Of a DNA stretch of 64,000 nucleotides, positions 11,201-19,868 are shown piece after piece. Made by a program: the position numbers and the translations under genes. Origin of the DNA: an uncultured Clostridia bacterium (GTDB lineage Bacteria; Bacillota; Clostridia; TANB77; CAG-508); NCBI GenBank assembly GCA_947627185.1, contig CANQVF010000007.1, forward strand, positions 14,846-78,845. The letters run 5' to 3'. Below the pieces are notes generated by a model. It made no database searches, was not told the DNA's origin, and worked only from the letters and a program-made list of their open reading frames with translations. How positions within the stretch are numbered: the first letter of the stretch is position 1; every line of letters starts with the position of its first letter.

Positions 11201-12645
11201 GTTATTTTTTCTGTTATATGAGAAATACCTGTTGTTTCTAAATCAAATACACAATATTCTGTATCATCTATTGTTTGCTTTTTAGAATAAAACACACATG
11301 GATCTTTATCTGGAACAAAATATGCTTCAACTCCATAAATTACTTTTAAATCTGCTCCTGTTTTTTCTAAAAACTTGTGAGCATCTGGAAAAGCTTGTAC
11401 AACTCCATGGTCTGTAATTGCTATTGATTTCCAACCCCATTTTATTGCTCTTTTTAGTAAATCTTCACAAGGTGTTATTCCATCCATTTGACTCATTTGT
11501 GTGTGCATATGAAGTTCTACTCTTTTTATTTCTGCTTTATCTATTCTTTCCTCTTCTTTTTTCATACCAGTTGATTCTATAATAGTATTTGTCATTATTT
11601 CAACTTCTTTAGAATATGGACTATATTTTGCAACACCTTCTATTCTTAATCCTTTTGCTGATGATACTCGGCTTTTTACTTCTTTAAATTTGTTTTTATC
11701 TAAAAATGCTTTACAAGCAATTGTACTAGTTCCATCAAAAAGATTAAACATTAATATTACTTTATCATTTTTTATATCTCTTGAATCAATAGAATCTGCT
11801 AAAATTTCTCCATCAACACAAACTTTCATTTCTGTCATTTCTTCCATAGGAATACTATCTATTTTTACAAGTTCTGTTTTTATCATAAGACTTCTACCTA
11901 ATATTAGTGGAGAAACTTCATCTTTTGTTTCTGGACTTTTATTTTGAAATGCTTCTATCTTACTTGCAAGTTCAGGATTTTCATTTCTTAGATTTTCTTT
12001 TATTTTTTCCTCTTCTTCTATTTTTCTCTGTTTTTCCTTTTCAAGTTCTATTCTTTTTTCTTCTTTTCTTGCTTCTATTTCTTCTTTGGCTTGTTTTTCA
12101 AGTTCAATTAATGCTTGTTTTTCTTCTTCTTTTTTTCTTTCAATTAATTTTTCTTCAAATTCTTTGGAAGTATTTTCAACAAATTGTATTTTATATTTTT
12201 TATTATATAAATTTGATAAAATATGTTCTATACCTTTATCAAAATTTTGAGCAATTAAAAAAGAAGCCCCCTTCATTTCTAATTTTACAAGTATATTTTG
12301 ATCATCAACTTTCTCTAAATTACTGTTTGACAAAATAGCTTTACTGAACGGTTCTTTCTTTCCTATATATTTAATTATATTTTTCCAATTTTCTTCTATA
12401 TTCTCTTTAATTTCTAGATTATCTTTATAATTTATATCAACAGAAGCCTTAGTTACTTTAAATTTATTTATTAAAAACTCTTCAAAATTTTCTATTTCCT
12501 GCAAAGTTATTGGTTTTGAAGAAATAACTTTTACTTGCAATTTATTTGTTTTTTTGAATAAATTAATATTATCTATTTCTGTTTCTATTAAATTATTTTT
12601 TTCATTATAATCATTAAAAACTTCTTTTATAGATTTTTTTTGCAT
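8206..12645 (-). CDS. polC: DNA polymerase III PolC-type (Gram-positive replicative polymerase with 3'-5' exonuclease)
   Basis: 1479 aa. PHP domain (HMHTQMSQMDGI), DnaQ-like exonuclease (CVFDLETTG...HNADFDIGF), zinc finger (CPNCKYSDF...CPKCG), PolIII alpha core. K/E-rich low-complexity insert near the N-terminus. Confidence 0.95.
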   Translation of the reverse strand: MQKKSIKEVFNDYNEKNNLIETEIDNINLFKKTNKLQVKVISSKPITLQEIENFEEFLINKFKVTKASVDINYKDNLEIKENIEENWKNIIKYIGKKEPFSKAILSNSNLEKVDDQNILVKLEMKGASFLIAQNFDKGIEHILSNLYNKKYKIQFVENTSKEFEEKLIERKKEEEKQALIELEKQAKEEIEARKEEKRIELEKEKQRKIEEEEKIKENLRNENPELASKIEAFQNKSPETKDEVSPLILGRSLMIKTELVKIDSIPMEEMTEMKVCVDGEILADSIDSRDIKNDKVILMFNLFDGTSTIACKAFLDKNKFKEVKSRVSSAKGLRIEGVAKYSPYSKEVEIMTNTIIESTGMKKEEERIDKAEIKRVELHMHTQMSQMDGITPCEDLLKRAIKWGWKSIAITDHGVVQAFPDAHKFLEKTGADLKVIYGVEAYFVPDKDPCVFYSKKQTIDDTEYCVFDLETTGISHITEKITEVGIIKIKNGEVIDTFECFVNPEKPIPEKVVEVTHITDDMVKDAETIDKVMPKILEFMGDSVLVAHNADFDIGFMKYNCEQLGLKLENTYIDTLRLARAIFPDFTKYKLGIIAEKLGIQVDVAHRALDDVKTLVQVFKKMIEKAKEKDAKYIDDFDNVFVADFKKLPSYHAIILAQNYVGLKNLYKLISYSHLNYFYKKPRILKSMLNQYREGLILGSACEAGELYRAIVADRPEEEIEEIVNYYDYLEIQPLQNNEYMLREGIVENKEKLIEFNKKIVELGEKLKKPVVATCDVHFMDPQDEIYRRILQAGQKYDDADFQAPLYLRTTEEMLKEFEYLGEEKAYEVVVTNTNLVADMCEKIKPISPEKCPPHIPGCEQTIKDIAYSKAHELYGDPLPEIVQSRLDRELDSIIKNGFSVMYIIAQKLVWKSNEDGYIVGSRGSVGSSFVANMTGITEVNSLGPHYRCPNCKYSDFSDYGVKNGFDLPDKNCPKCGHKLDKDGMDIPFETFLGFNGDKEPDIDLNFSGEYQAKAHKYTEVIFGKGTTFKAGTVGTVAEKTAFGYAKNYYEERNIHKPNAEIARISKGCVGIKRTTGQHPGGIIVVPKGREIFEFTPVQHPADDPNSDIITTHFDYHSIDQNLLKLDILGHDDPTMIRMLHDITGIDPTKVPLDDKETMSIFSSTEALGVTPEQINSEVGSFGVPEFGTKFVRGMLVDTKPTTFSELISISGLSHGTDVWLNNAQELINNGTVTLSEAIGCRDDIMVYLMKQGLDPNHAFKIMETVRKGKALKDPEKWAEYVKIMKEHDVPDWYIKSCEKIKYMFPKAHAAAYVTNAFRIAWFKVHKPKAYYTAYFSIRADEFDSECMIFGKEKVRQKMKEIDNAGNSATAKDKNMYSILELVLEMYERGIKFLPIDLYKSHSTKFIMEDDGIRPPLNSIPGLGTVAAEGIYQARLEEPFECIEDMQVRSKIGKSVTDLLDKFGCLKGMTKSNQMSLFV

Positions 12646-12658
12646 ATTTTTTAATATT

Positions 12659-13231
12659 TTACTCCTTAACTAATCCTATAACTTTACCAATTGTTTCTAA
12701 AACTTCTTTTACATTTTCTACATTTTTAATTTGAAATCCATTTAACAAAGTAGCTCCTGGAAAAGTTCCTTTTGCATAAACACATAAATCTCCATATCCA
12801 AATCTTTTTTGTTTTAATGTTTGATAATAAGTTATATCTCTTAAATCGGTATATTTAACAACTTTTTGTGTATGAATAAATAAGAAATTAAAAGTATAAA
12901 CTACCTTTTTTTCATAGAAAATTACTTGTGTGCCAATAGCTATTCTTTTATCTAAAAAGAATAGTAATCCTATAACTACTAAAAAAATAAATATAACTAA
13001 TAGTTCTTCTAGAATACCACCTGTAGAAATGCAAACAATTGAAGACAATATAAAAATTATAAATATCCATAAATATTTAACAATTTCATAAGGTATTGAA
13101 TATTTTCTTTTAAATTTAAGTAATTCTTTTACATCTTTTTTTAGTTCTTCTTCCTCTTGATATTTTTTATAGTAATTAACACAAATATCACCATCTTTTT
13201 TTAATTCTGCTCCACAAATTTTACATTTCAT
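12659..13231 (-). CDS. hypothetical membrane protein with an N-terminal zinc-ribbon and a C-terminal bPH/YdbT-like domain
   Basis: MKCKICGAEL..DGDICVNYY, two TM helices, then DLRDITYYQTLKQKRFGYGDLCVYAKG. Confidence 0.4.
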   Translation of the reverse strand: MKCKICGAELKKDGDICVNYYKKYQEEEELKKDVKELLKFKRKYSIPYEIVKYLWIFIIFILSSIVCISTGGILEELLVIFIFLVVIGLLFFLDKRIAIGTQVIFYEKKVVYTFNFLFIHTQKVVKYTDLRDITYYQTLKQKRFGYGDLCVYAKGTFPGATLLNGFQIKNVENVKEVLETIGKVIGLVKE

Positions 13232-13246
13232 TTTCTACACTTCCTT

Positions 13247-14260
13247 TTAAAAAATTCTTATAATATCTATATAAGACACATAAAGTGAGAATAAAATTAA
13301 TAATAAAAAACCTGCTGATTGTATTCCTAATTCTATTTCTTCTTTTAGTGCTTCTCCTCTGATTCCTTCAATTATAAGTAATAGTATTCTTCCTCCATCT
13401 AAAGCTGGTATTGGAAGAAGATTTGTTACTCCTAATGATAGAGAAATTAAACAAAGTAAATATATAAAATTATATATTCCATTTGTTTTTACTACAATTT
13501 TAGAAATTCCAATTGGTCCTGTCATTTGTTCTATTCTAATATTTCCTGTAAATAACATTTTTAAGCTTTGTACCATAGAATCTAAAAAGTTTACTGTTTC
13601 CCAAAATGCATAATAAAAACGTCCTGTAATAGAAACATTTTCATTTACTTTTGATTCTATTCCTAAAATATATAAACCATCTTCATACTCTATTGGTTTA
13701 ACTTTTAAAGTTTTTATTTCATTATTTCTTTCAACAATTACTGTTATTTCTCCATTAGTATATTTTCTTAATGCTTTTGATATATCTGATTTTAATCTTA
13801 TTTTAGTATCATTTATTTGTAATATTTTATCTCCTATTTCAATTCCAGAAACATTTTCCATAGCTTCTGGTAAAATTTTATCAACTGTTGTTGATATATT
13901 ATTATATTGAGAAAATAATGATAAAATAAAAAATACTATTATTGCAAAAAGAATATTTACAATAGCTCCTGCAGAAACTATGGCTATTCTATGCCATAAT
14001 TTTGCTTTGTTGAAAGAACCATCTTCTTCTGATTTTTCTGCATCACCTAACATTTTTACATAACCGCCAAATGGTATACATCCAATTATATAAGTTGTTT
14101 CTTTACTCTTTTTTGAAAAAATTTTTGGTCCAAAACCTATGGAAAATTCTTCTACTTTTACCTTAAAAAATTTAGCAACTAAAAAATGTCCACCTTCATG
14201 TATAAATACTAAAAATCCTAATAAAAATATTATTTTTAATGCATTAACCAAGAAACTCAA
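13247..14260 (-). CDS. rseP: RIP zinc metalloprotease (site-2 protease)
   Basis: HEGGHFLVAKF zinc motif, PDZ region, LPIPALDGG motif. Conserved position between cdsA and polC. Confidence 0.85.
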   Translation of the reverse strand: MSFLVNALKIIFLLGFLVFIHEGGHFLVAKFFKVKVEEFSIGFGPKIFSKKSKETTYIIGCIPFGGYVKMLGDAEKSEEDGSFNKAKLWHRIAIVSAGAIVNILFAIIVFFILSLFSQYNNISTTVDKILPEAMENVSGIEIGDKILQINDTKIRLKSDISKALRKYTNGEITVIVERNNEIKTLKVKPIEYEDGLYILGIESKVNENVSITGRFYYAFWETVNFLDSMVQSLKMLFTGNIRIEQMTGPIGISKIVVKTNGIYNFIYLLCLISLSLGVTNLLPIPALDGGRILLLIIEGIRGEALKEEIELGIQSAGFLLLILFSLYVSYIDIIRIF

Positions 14261-14273
14261 AATTTAAGTCCTC

Positions 14274-15089
14274 CTATAAAAAGATTGTTAATAAAAAATA
14301 AGCAAATGGTGCTATAAATATAACACTATCTATTCTATCTATCATTCCTCCATGCCCTGGAAATAATTCACTAAAATCTTTTACTTCAAAATATCTTTTT
14401 ATACTAGATGCTGCAAAATCTCCTATCTGCCCTATTATGCTTAAAACTACTGAAATAATTAATATAAATAAATAAGATATTTCTACATTAAAATAATTAT
14501 TTATAATAATTGTAAAAATTAAATTTGCAATTATAGCTCCCAAAATTCCTGCTATACAACCTTCTACAGATTTATTTGGGCTTACCTTACTAAATTTAGT
14601 TTTTCCTATTTTTTGTCCTACTAAAAAAGCCAATATATCTGTTCCCCAAGCAGAAAGAATAATATACCATATTAATATTTTTCCAGATAAAACTCCTTCT
14701 ATACTATATGTTAGCGGTATAAAAACACAAAATCCGAATATATAAAGTATTCCTAATAATGTATAAACTACATTTTCAAAAGTTATTTTCATATTTGAAA
14801 CTATTATATGCATAAATAAAATTAATAGTAATAATGGTATTCCTATTAAAACTATTTTATTTATAATGTAGCTTGGTACAATATGTATAATTGCTATACA
14901 TGCTACCGATAAATAGCTTAACCATGAAATAACTTTTGTTTTTTTAGATACACATTTTATATATTCATTCATTGCAATCATTGCAATTATTGCAGTAACT
15001 ATATCAATAATATATTTGTTTCCTAGAGCAAATACTGCTACAACTATTGGAAATCCTATTACTGCTGTTAATAATCTTTTTATACTCAT
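14274..15089 (-). CDS. cdsA: phosphatidate cytidylyltransferase
   Basis: 271 aa polytopic protein; C-terminal SxxKRxxxVKDxxxxxPGHGGxxDRxDS motif. Confidence 0.85.
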   Translation of the reverse strand: MSIKRLLTAVIGFPIVVAVFALGNKYIIDIVTAIIAMIAMNEYIKCVSKKTKVISWLSYLSVACIAIIHIVPSYIINKIVLIGIPLLLLILFMHIIVSNMKITFENVVYTLLGILYIFGFCVFIPLTYSIEGVLSGKILIWYIILSAWGTDILAFLVGQKIGKTKFSKVSPNKSVEGCIAGILGAIIANLIFTIIINNYFNVEISYLFILIISVVLSIIGQIGDFAASSIKRYFEVKDFSELFPGHGGMIDRIDSVIFIAPFAYFLLTIFL

Positions 15090-15114
15090 AAACTTAATAT
15101 CCTTTTTTTATATT

Positions 15115-15822
15115 TTATGAACCACCAAATCTTCTATTTCTTTTATTATATATCTCAATGGCATTGTCTAAGTCTTTAGCAGAAAAATCTGGCCATAATT
15201 TATCTAGAATTATTATTTCAGAATATACCGATTGCCAAGTTAAAAATCCGCTAAGTCTCATTTCACCACTAGTTCTTATTAATAAATCTGGATCTGGTAT
15301 ATTTTTTGTATACATATATTGAGAAATTAAATCTTCATTAATTTCATCTATTTCTAATTTTCCATCTTTTACTTCTTTAGATATATTTTTTACAGCATGA
15401 ACAATTTCATCCCTTCCTCCATAATTTAAAGCAATATTAAAAATTGTTCCTGTATTTGTTGATGTTCTTTTTACTGTTTTTTCAATACTTTCTTGTAATG
15501 GAATTGATAACTGAGATAAATTTCCCAATACTCTAATTACTATATTTTCGGTATCTGCTTCTTTTGCAAAATCATCTAAATAATTTTTAAGTAAAGTCAT
15601 TAGAGCATTTACTTCTTCTTCACTTCGTTTCCAATTTTCAGTTGAAAATGCATAAACTGTTATATATTCAAGTCCAATTTTATTAGCATGTCTAACAATT
15701 TTTTTTAAAGTTTCTGCTCCTTGTTTATGTCCTAATTTTATAGGAATATTTTTTTTCTTTGCCCATCTTCTATTACCATCCATTATAATAGCAACATGTC
15801 TTGGCATATTTTTTTCTTCCAT
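15115..15822 (-). CDS. uppS: isoprenyl transferase (undecaprenyl diphosphate synthase)
   Basis: HVAIIMDGNRRWA, YAFSTENWKR, RTSGEMRLSGFL motifs. Confidence 0.9.
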   Translation of the reverse strand: MEEKNMPRHVAIIMDGNRRWAKKKNIPIKLGHKQGAETLKKIVRHANKIGLEYITVYAFSTENWKRSEEEVNALMTLLKNYLDDFAKEADTENIVIRVLGNLSQLSIPLQESIEKTVKRTSTNTGTIFNIALNYGGRDEIVHAVKNISKEVKDGKLEIDEINEDLISQYMYTKNIPDPDLLIRTSGEMRLSGFLTWQSVYSEIIILDKLWPDFSAKDLDNAIEIYNKRNRRFGGS

Positions 15823-15834
15823 AATTACTCCAAT

Positions 15835-16383
15835 TTAAACATTCATAATTTCTTTTTCTTTATTTTCTAACATTTTATCTATTTCTGTAACATATTTATC
15901 AGTTAATTTTTGTATTTTATCTTCAAAATCAGATTTTTGATCTTCTGTAATTTCAGAATTTTTTTGCTCTGTTTTTACTGTTTCCATTCCATCTCTTCTT
16001 ATAGAACGAATTGCAACTCTAGCTTCTTCTGCTATTTTTCTTATATCTTTTACTATTTCTTTTCTTCTTTCTTCTGTTAATTCTGGAAAATTTAATCTTA
16101 TAACTTTACCATCATTGTTTGGATTTAAACCTATATCTGATGCTAAAATAGCTTTTTCAATTGCTTTTAAAACACTAGCATCCCATGGTTGAATAACTAT
16201 TGTTCTAGCTTCTGGAACTGATATTCCAGCTACTTGATTAATTGGTGTTTGAACACCATAATACTCAACACTAATTTTATTCAATATAGATGGATTTGCT
16301 CTTCCAGCTCTAATTTCTGATAAATTTTGACTAAAAACATCTATTGTTTTTTGCATTCTTTCTTCTAAATTTTGTAATTCCAT
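15835..16383 (-). CDS. frr: ribosome recycling factor
   Basis: 182 aa; typical RRF sequence (RAGRANPSIL, IRxxRRDxxE). Confidence 0.9.
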   Translation of the reverse strand: MELQNLEERMQKTIDVFSQNLSEIRAGRANPSILNKISVEYYGVQTPINQVAGISVPEARTIVIQPWDASVLKAIEKAILASDIGLNPNNDGKVIRLNFPELTEERRKEIVKDIRKIAEEARVAIRSIRRDGMETVKTEQKNSEITEDQKSDFEDKIQKLTDKYVTEIDKMLENKEKEIMNV

Positions 16384-16411
16384 AATTTACATCCCCTTTT
16401 ATTTTTATTTT

Positions 16412-17116
16412 TTAGGATACTATAGTTCCTACTTTTTCACCTTTTATAACTCTTACTATATTTTCTGGATCACTAATTGCAAATACTAAAAGTGGTATAT
16501 TGTTATCCTTACAAAGTGCTGTTGCAGTTGAATCCATAACTTTTAAATCTTGTGATAAAACATCTTTATAAGAAATTTTATCATATTTTTTAGCTGACTT
16601 ATCTATTTTAGGATCTGCTGAATAAACTCCATCTATTGTTTTTGCAAGTAATATAACTTCTGATTCTGTTTCAGCAGCTCTTAATGCAGCAGCAGTATCT
16701 GTAGAAAAATATGGATGACCAGTTCCACAAGCAAAAATTACTACTCTTCCTTTTTCTAAATGTTTTGCTGCCTTTCTTTTTATATAAGGTTCTGCAATTT
16801 CCCTCATTTCTATTGCAGTTTGTAATCTTGTGTATAATCCTCTAGCTTCTAATGCATCTTGAAGTGCTAATCCATTCATTGCAGTAGCAAGCATTCCCAT
16901 ATAATCTGCTGATGCTCTATCCATTTTATGTCCATTTTTTGCACCTCTCCAAAAATTTCCACCACCAACTACTATTGATACTTGAACACCCATGTCAACA
17001 ACTTCTTTTATTTTGTCTGATATGGCTCCTACAACATCTGGATCTATTCCATGTCCTTCTTTTCCTGCTAAAGCTTCTCCACTTAGTTTTAATAATACTC
17101 TTTTATAGGCTATCAT
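16412..17116 (-). CDS. pyrH: UMP kinase
   Basis: [11 protein letters not shown], VVGGGNxxRG, [16 protein letters not shown] motifs. Confidence 0.9.
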   Translation of the reverse strand: MIAYKRVLLKLSGEALAGKEGHGIDPDVVGAISDKIKEVVDMGVQVSIVVGGGNFWRGAKNGHKMDRASADYMGMLATAMNGLALQDALEARGLYTRLQTAIEMREIAEPYIKRKAAKHLEKGRVVIFACGTGHPYFSTDTAAALRAAETESEVILLAKTIDGVYSADPKIDKSAKKYDKISYKDVLSQDLKVMDSTATALCKDNNIPLLVFAISDPENIVRVIKGEKVGTIVS

Positions 17117-17282
17117 ACTTTTCTCCTTTATTTTATTTATTGATACACAATATAAACCTATTGTACTTTTTGTATTCTATCATAAATTTTTTCTTTTTAC
17201 ACTATTTTTATAATTTTTTTTTATAATTCTTGTATAAAATGATTTAAATACTATTAAATTATAGAATTATGTTTTAATAAAT

Positions 17283-17723
17283 TTATAATTTAAAATCCTT
17301 TATTAATTTTTCTTTAAATTCATCTGGAATTAATCTTATATTTTTTATTTCTTTTTTTGGAACAATAACAGGTATGTAGTTTCCTCTATCAGCATATTTA
17401 GGATCATTTGAAAATTCAGGTCCTGTACCTGTTCCTAATTTTCCACTCAAGTATTCGCATCTATATAAATATTCATCTGCATTATCATTTATATTTCTAA
17501 AATATAATTTTTCTTTCACTTCAACATTTATTCCAAATTCTTCTAAAATTTCTCTTCTAGCACATTCTTCAAAAGTTTCATTTTCTTCTAAACCTCCACC
17601 TGGAAAAACATAATACTCTCCAAAAGGTTTATTACTGTTTTCAGTAGGCTTTACATTAGTTCTATGCATTAACGCATATCCATCTTCCATTTCTACAAGT
17701 CCTGCTATTCTTATTCTTTTCAT
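17283..17723 (-). CDS. NUDIX hydrolase
   Basis: GGGLEENETFEECARREILEEFG is a Nudix box (GX5EX7REUXEEXGU). Confidence 0.7.
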   Translation of the reverse strand: MKRIRIAGLVEMEDGYALMHRTNVKPTENSNKPFGEYYVFPGGGLEENETFEECARREILEEFGINVEVKEKLYFRNINDNADEYLYRCEYLSGKLGTGTGPEFSNDPKYADRGNYIPVIVPKKEIKNIRLIPDEFKEKLIKDFKL

Positions 17724-17828
17724 TTAAATTCCTCCCTATTTAAACTAACTCTAAATTAATATTGTAATTTATTTTTAAAGATTACAGAAAAAGGGATATA
17801 TGATTTTACACATATATCCCCTATAAAT

Positions 17829-18305
17829 TTATTTTTTTATTGATAATATTTTTAATTTTATTATTCCTACAGGAGCTTGAACTTCTACTATATTGTTTTT
17901 CTTTTTTCCTAGTAAAGCTTTCCCTATTGGAGATTCATTAGAAATTTTATTAGTAGATGTATCTACTTCTGTTGATCCTACTATAGTATATTCTATAGTT
18001 TCATCAAATTCCATATCTAAAACTTTTACTATATTACCAACTTGAACAACTTCTGTATCTATTTCAGATTCATCTATAATTTTTGCATATTTTATTTTTT
18101 CTTCAAGTTCTGCTATTTTTATTTCATTAGCAGCTTGTGCATTTTTTGCTTCATCATATTCAGAATTTTCTGATAAATCACCAAAGCCTAAAGCTACTTT
18201 TATTCTTTCTGCTATTTCATATCTTACTTCTGTTTTTAATTTTTCTAACTCTTTCTCTAAATTATCATATCCTTCTTGCGTTAATAAAAATTCTTTTTCC
18301 CCCAT
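17829..18305 (-). CDS. greA: transcription elongation factor GreA
   Basis: 158 aa. N-terminal coiled-coil with DLSENSEYD; C-terminal FKBP-like domain. Confidence 0.9.
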   Translation of the reverse strand: MGEKEFLLTQEGYDNLEKELEKLKTEVRYEIAERIKVALGFGDLSENSEYDEAKNAQAANEIKIAELEEKIKYAKIIDESEIDTEVVQVGNIVKVLDMEFDETIEYTIVGSTEVDTSTNKISNESPIGKALLGKKKNNIVEVQAPVGIIKLKILSIKK

Positions 18306-18377
18306 AACTTAAGACCTCCTATTTTAGTTGTTACTATATACTAAAATATAATAAGATTATTTTTTTAATTTGTCAAG

Positions 18378-19295
18378 TTAATTTGCTATTTTTTTTGATA
18401 AATTCAAATATTCATTTTTTCTTATTCGCCCACTTTTTCCACTCAAAAAACTTATGTTAACACCATCTTTAATAATTTCATTTATTATATTTTTAGAACT
18501 AGTATTTTTATATATATAACTTTCATATAATATTGAATTATCAAAATCATTCAAATATATGCTATTTTTCAAATATTTTCTAGGCATTGGAATTTCAAAA
18601 AAATCAACATTAATTCCTTGAAAAGATTTAATATTAATTTTTATTGATTCATTAAAATTTATAATACATGTTCTTTTTGGCAAACTATATTTATTTATTT
18701 CTTCTTCTGAAAAATCAAAATTAAATATTATATCACTTTTCATTAAACTTTTTTTATAGTTATTATTCATGTTTAAAATTATACCTTTTTGTTCATATAA
18801 TTCTTTTTCAATTTTTCTAAATTTTTTTTCATCTTGTGTTATCACATTTAAAATTCTTACTTTTGATGATATATCTTTTATATTTTCAACTATAATATCA
18901 CTTATTCCATTACTTAAAAAAGAAATTTCTTGATATCCTAAATTTTCTTTTTTACATTTACAAATATAATCTGCACAATTACTTGCTAAATGTTTAAAAA
19001 GCCATTTTCCATCCAATATTCTTACATTTTCTTTTCTAATATAATTCATAAATGTATTATTAGTTAATAAATTATTTGAAATACATACCCTATTTATGCA
19101 ATTTTTCTTTATATATTTTGAAAGTGCATTTAATGTTTTACTATTAACATCTTTAATAACTATTAAAGTTTTATCTTCGTTTTTTTCTTCTCTAATTTTT
19201 TTAAACTTGTCTTTTATTTTAGCAAAAAAATTTATATTTTTTTTATCAATAATTTCTTTATTTTCATCTAATTTTATATATATCAAAAAAATCAC
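18378..19295 (-). CDS. hypothetical K/N-rich cytoplasmic protein
   Basis: 305-aa ORF with no recognisable motif; divergent from the SCIFF gene. Confidence 0.35.
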   Translation of the reverse strand: MIFLIYIKLDENKEIIDKKNINFFAKIKDKFKKIREEKNEDKTLIVIKDVNSKTLNALSKYIKKNCINRVCISNNLLTNNTFMNYIRKENVRILDGKWLFKHLASNCADYICKCKKENLGYQEISFLSNGISDIIVENIKDISSKVRILNVITQDEKKFRKIEKELYEQKGIILNMNNNYKKSLMKSDIIFNFDFSEEEINKYSLPKRTCIINFNESIKINIKSFQGINVDFFEIPMPRKYLKNSIYLNDFDNSILYESYIYKNTSSKNIINEIIKDGVNISFLSGKSGRIRKNEYLNLSKKIAN

Positions 19296-19397
19296 CTCTT
19301 ATATTTTATATATGAGATAATTTATAATTTATGATACTTATATACAATTATTCAAAATATTTTAAAAAACAAAATTTTTTGTTACATTTTCAATTAT

Positions 19398-19427
19398 TTG
19401 ACATATTTAATTTTTTTCTAGTATAAT
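19398..19427 (+). promoter_or_regulatory. sigma-A-type promoter (TTGACA-N18-TATAAT) upstream of the SCIFF gene
   Basis: TTGACA at 19398-19403 and TATAAT at 19422-19427, read directly. Confidence 0.5.
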
Positions 19428-19501
19428 GATATTTAAGGTTATGTTTTGTAACCTTCGTAACTAACAACCTTTTTTGATGTAAACTACAAGGAGGTGAAAA
19501 A

Positions 19502-19645
19502 ATGAAACACATCAAAACGATTTCTGGAAACACGCTTGCTTCCACTGTTAAATCCGGTGGTTGCGGTGAATGCCAGACCTCATGCCAGTCTGCATGCAAG
19601 ACATCTTGCACAGTTGGCAATCAGGTTTGTGAGCACAAAAAGTAA
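19502..19645 (+). CDS. scfA: SCIFF ranthipeptide precursor (six cysteines in forty-five residues family)
   Basis: Strong RBS (caaggaggtgaaaaaATG). 47 aa: MKHIKTISGNTLASTVKSGGCGECQTSCQSACKTSCTVGNQVCEHKK, matching the SCIFF consensus GGCGECQTSCQSACKTSCTVGNQ. Locally GC-rich, followed by a clean terminator. Missed by the ORF track (short). Confidence 0.85.
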   Translation: MKHIKTISGNTLASTVKSGGCGECQTSCQSACKTSCTVGNQVCEHKK

Positions 19646-19675
19646 CATGTAACCCGTTGTCGTATTAGTGTTTCA

Positions 19676-19715
19676 GCCCTAAGATTACGTTTTTTTGATC
19701 TTAGGGCCTTTTTTT
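19676..19715 (+). terminator. rho-independent terminator after SCIFF
   Basis: gccctaagat...atcttagggc hairpin followed by a T-run. Confidence 0.7.
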
Positions 19716-19868
19716 AGCTTAATTTTTGAAATTATCTACAACTCTAATATCTCATAGTGATTGATAAAAGTACAAATATGTGATATTATTTTTGTTATGT
19801 TAATAATAAAATTTAAATCTATGTAAATATTTACAAATAATTTAAAAAAATAGAAGAAAGAAGAAAAA

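Noticed and set aside
9050-12338. Several plus-strand ORFs (9050..9298, 9346..9624, 11690..11947, 11907..12338)
   Set aside because: All are antisense inside polC. They have low-complexity L/F-rich translations typical of the reverse strand of AT-rich coding DNA.
16912-17226. Plus-strand 104-aa ORF
   Set aside because: Antisense to pyrH; L/F/H-rich junk translation.
17117-17282. Expected rpsB-tsf upstream of pyrH
   Set aside because: They are not present. pyrH is preceded by an AT-rich intergenic region and a NUDIX gene. This is a synteny break, but there is no positive feature to annotate.
19390-19620. 76-aa minus-strand ORF in the ORF track
   Set aside because: It is antisense to the SCIFF precursor, which has a strong RBS, a family-consensus sequence and its own terminator. 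The minus ORF has no RBS and an implausible composition.
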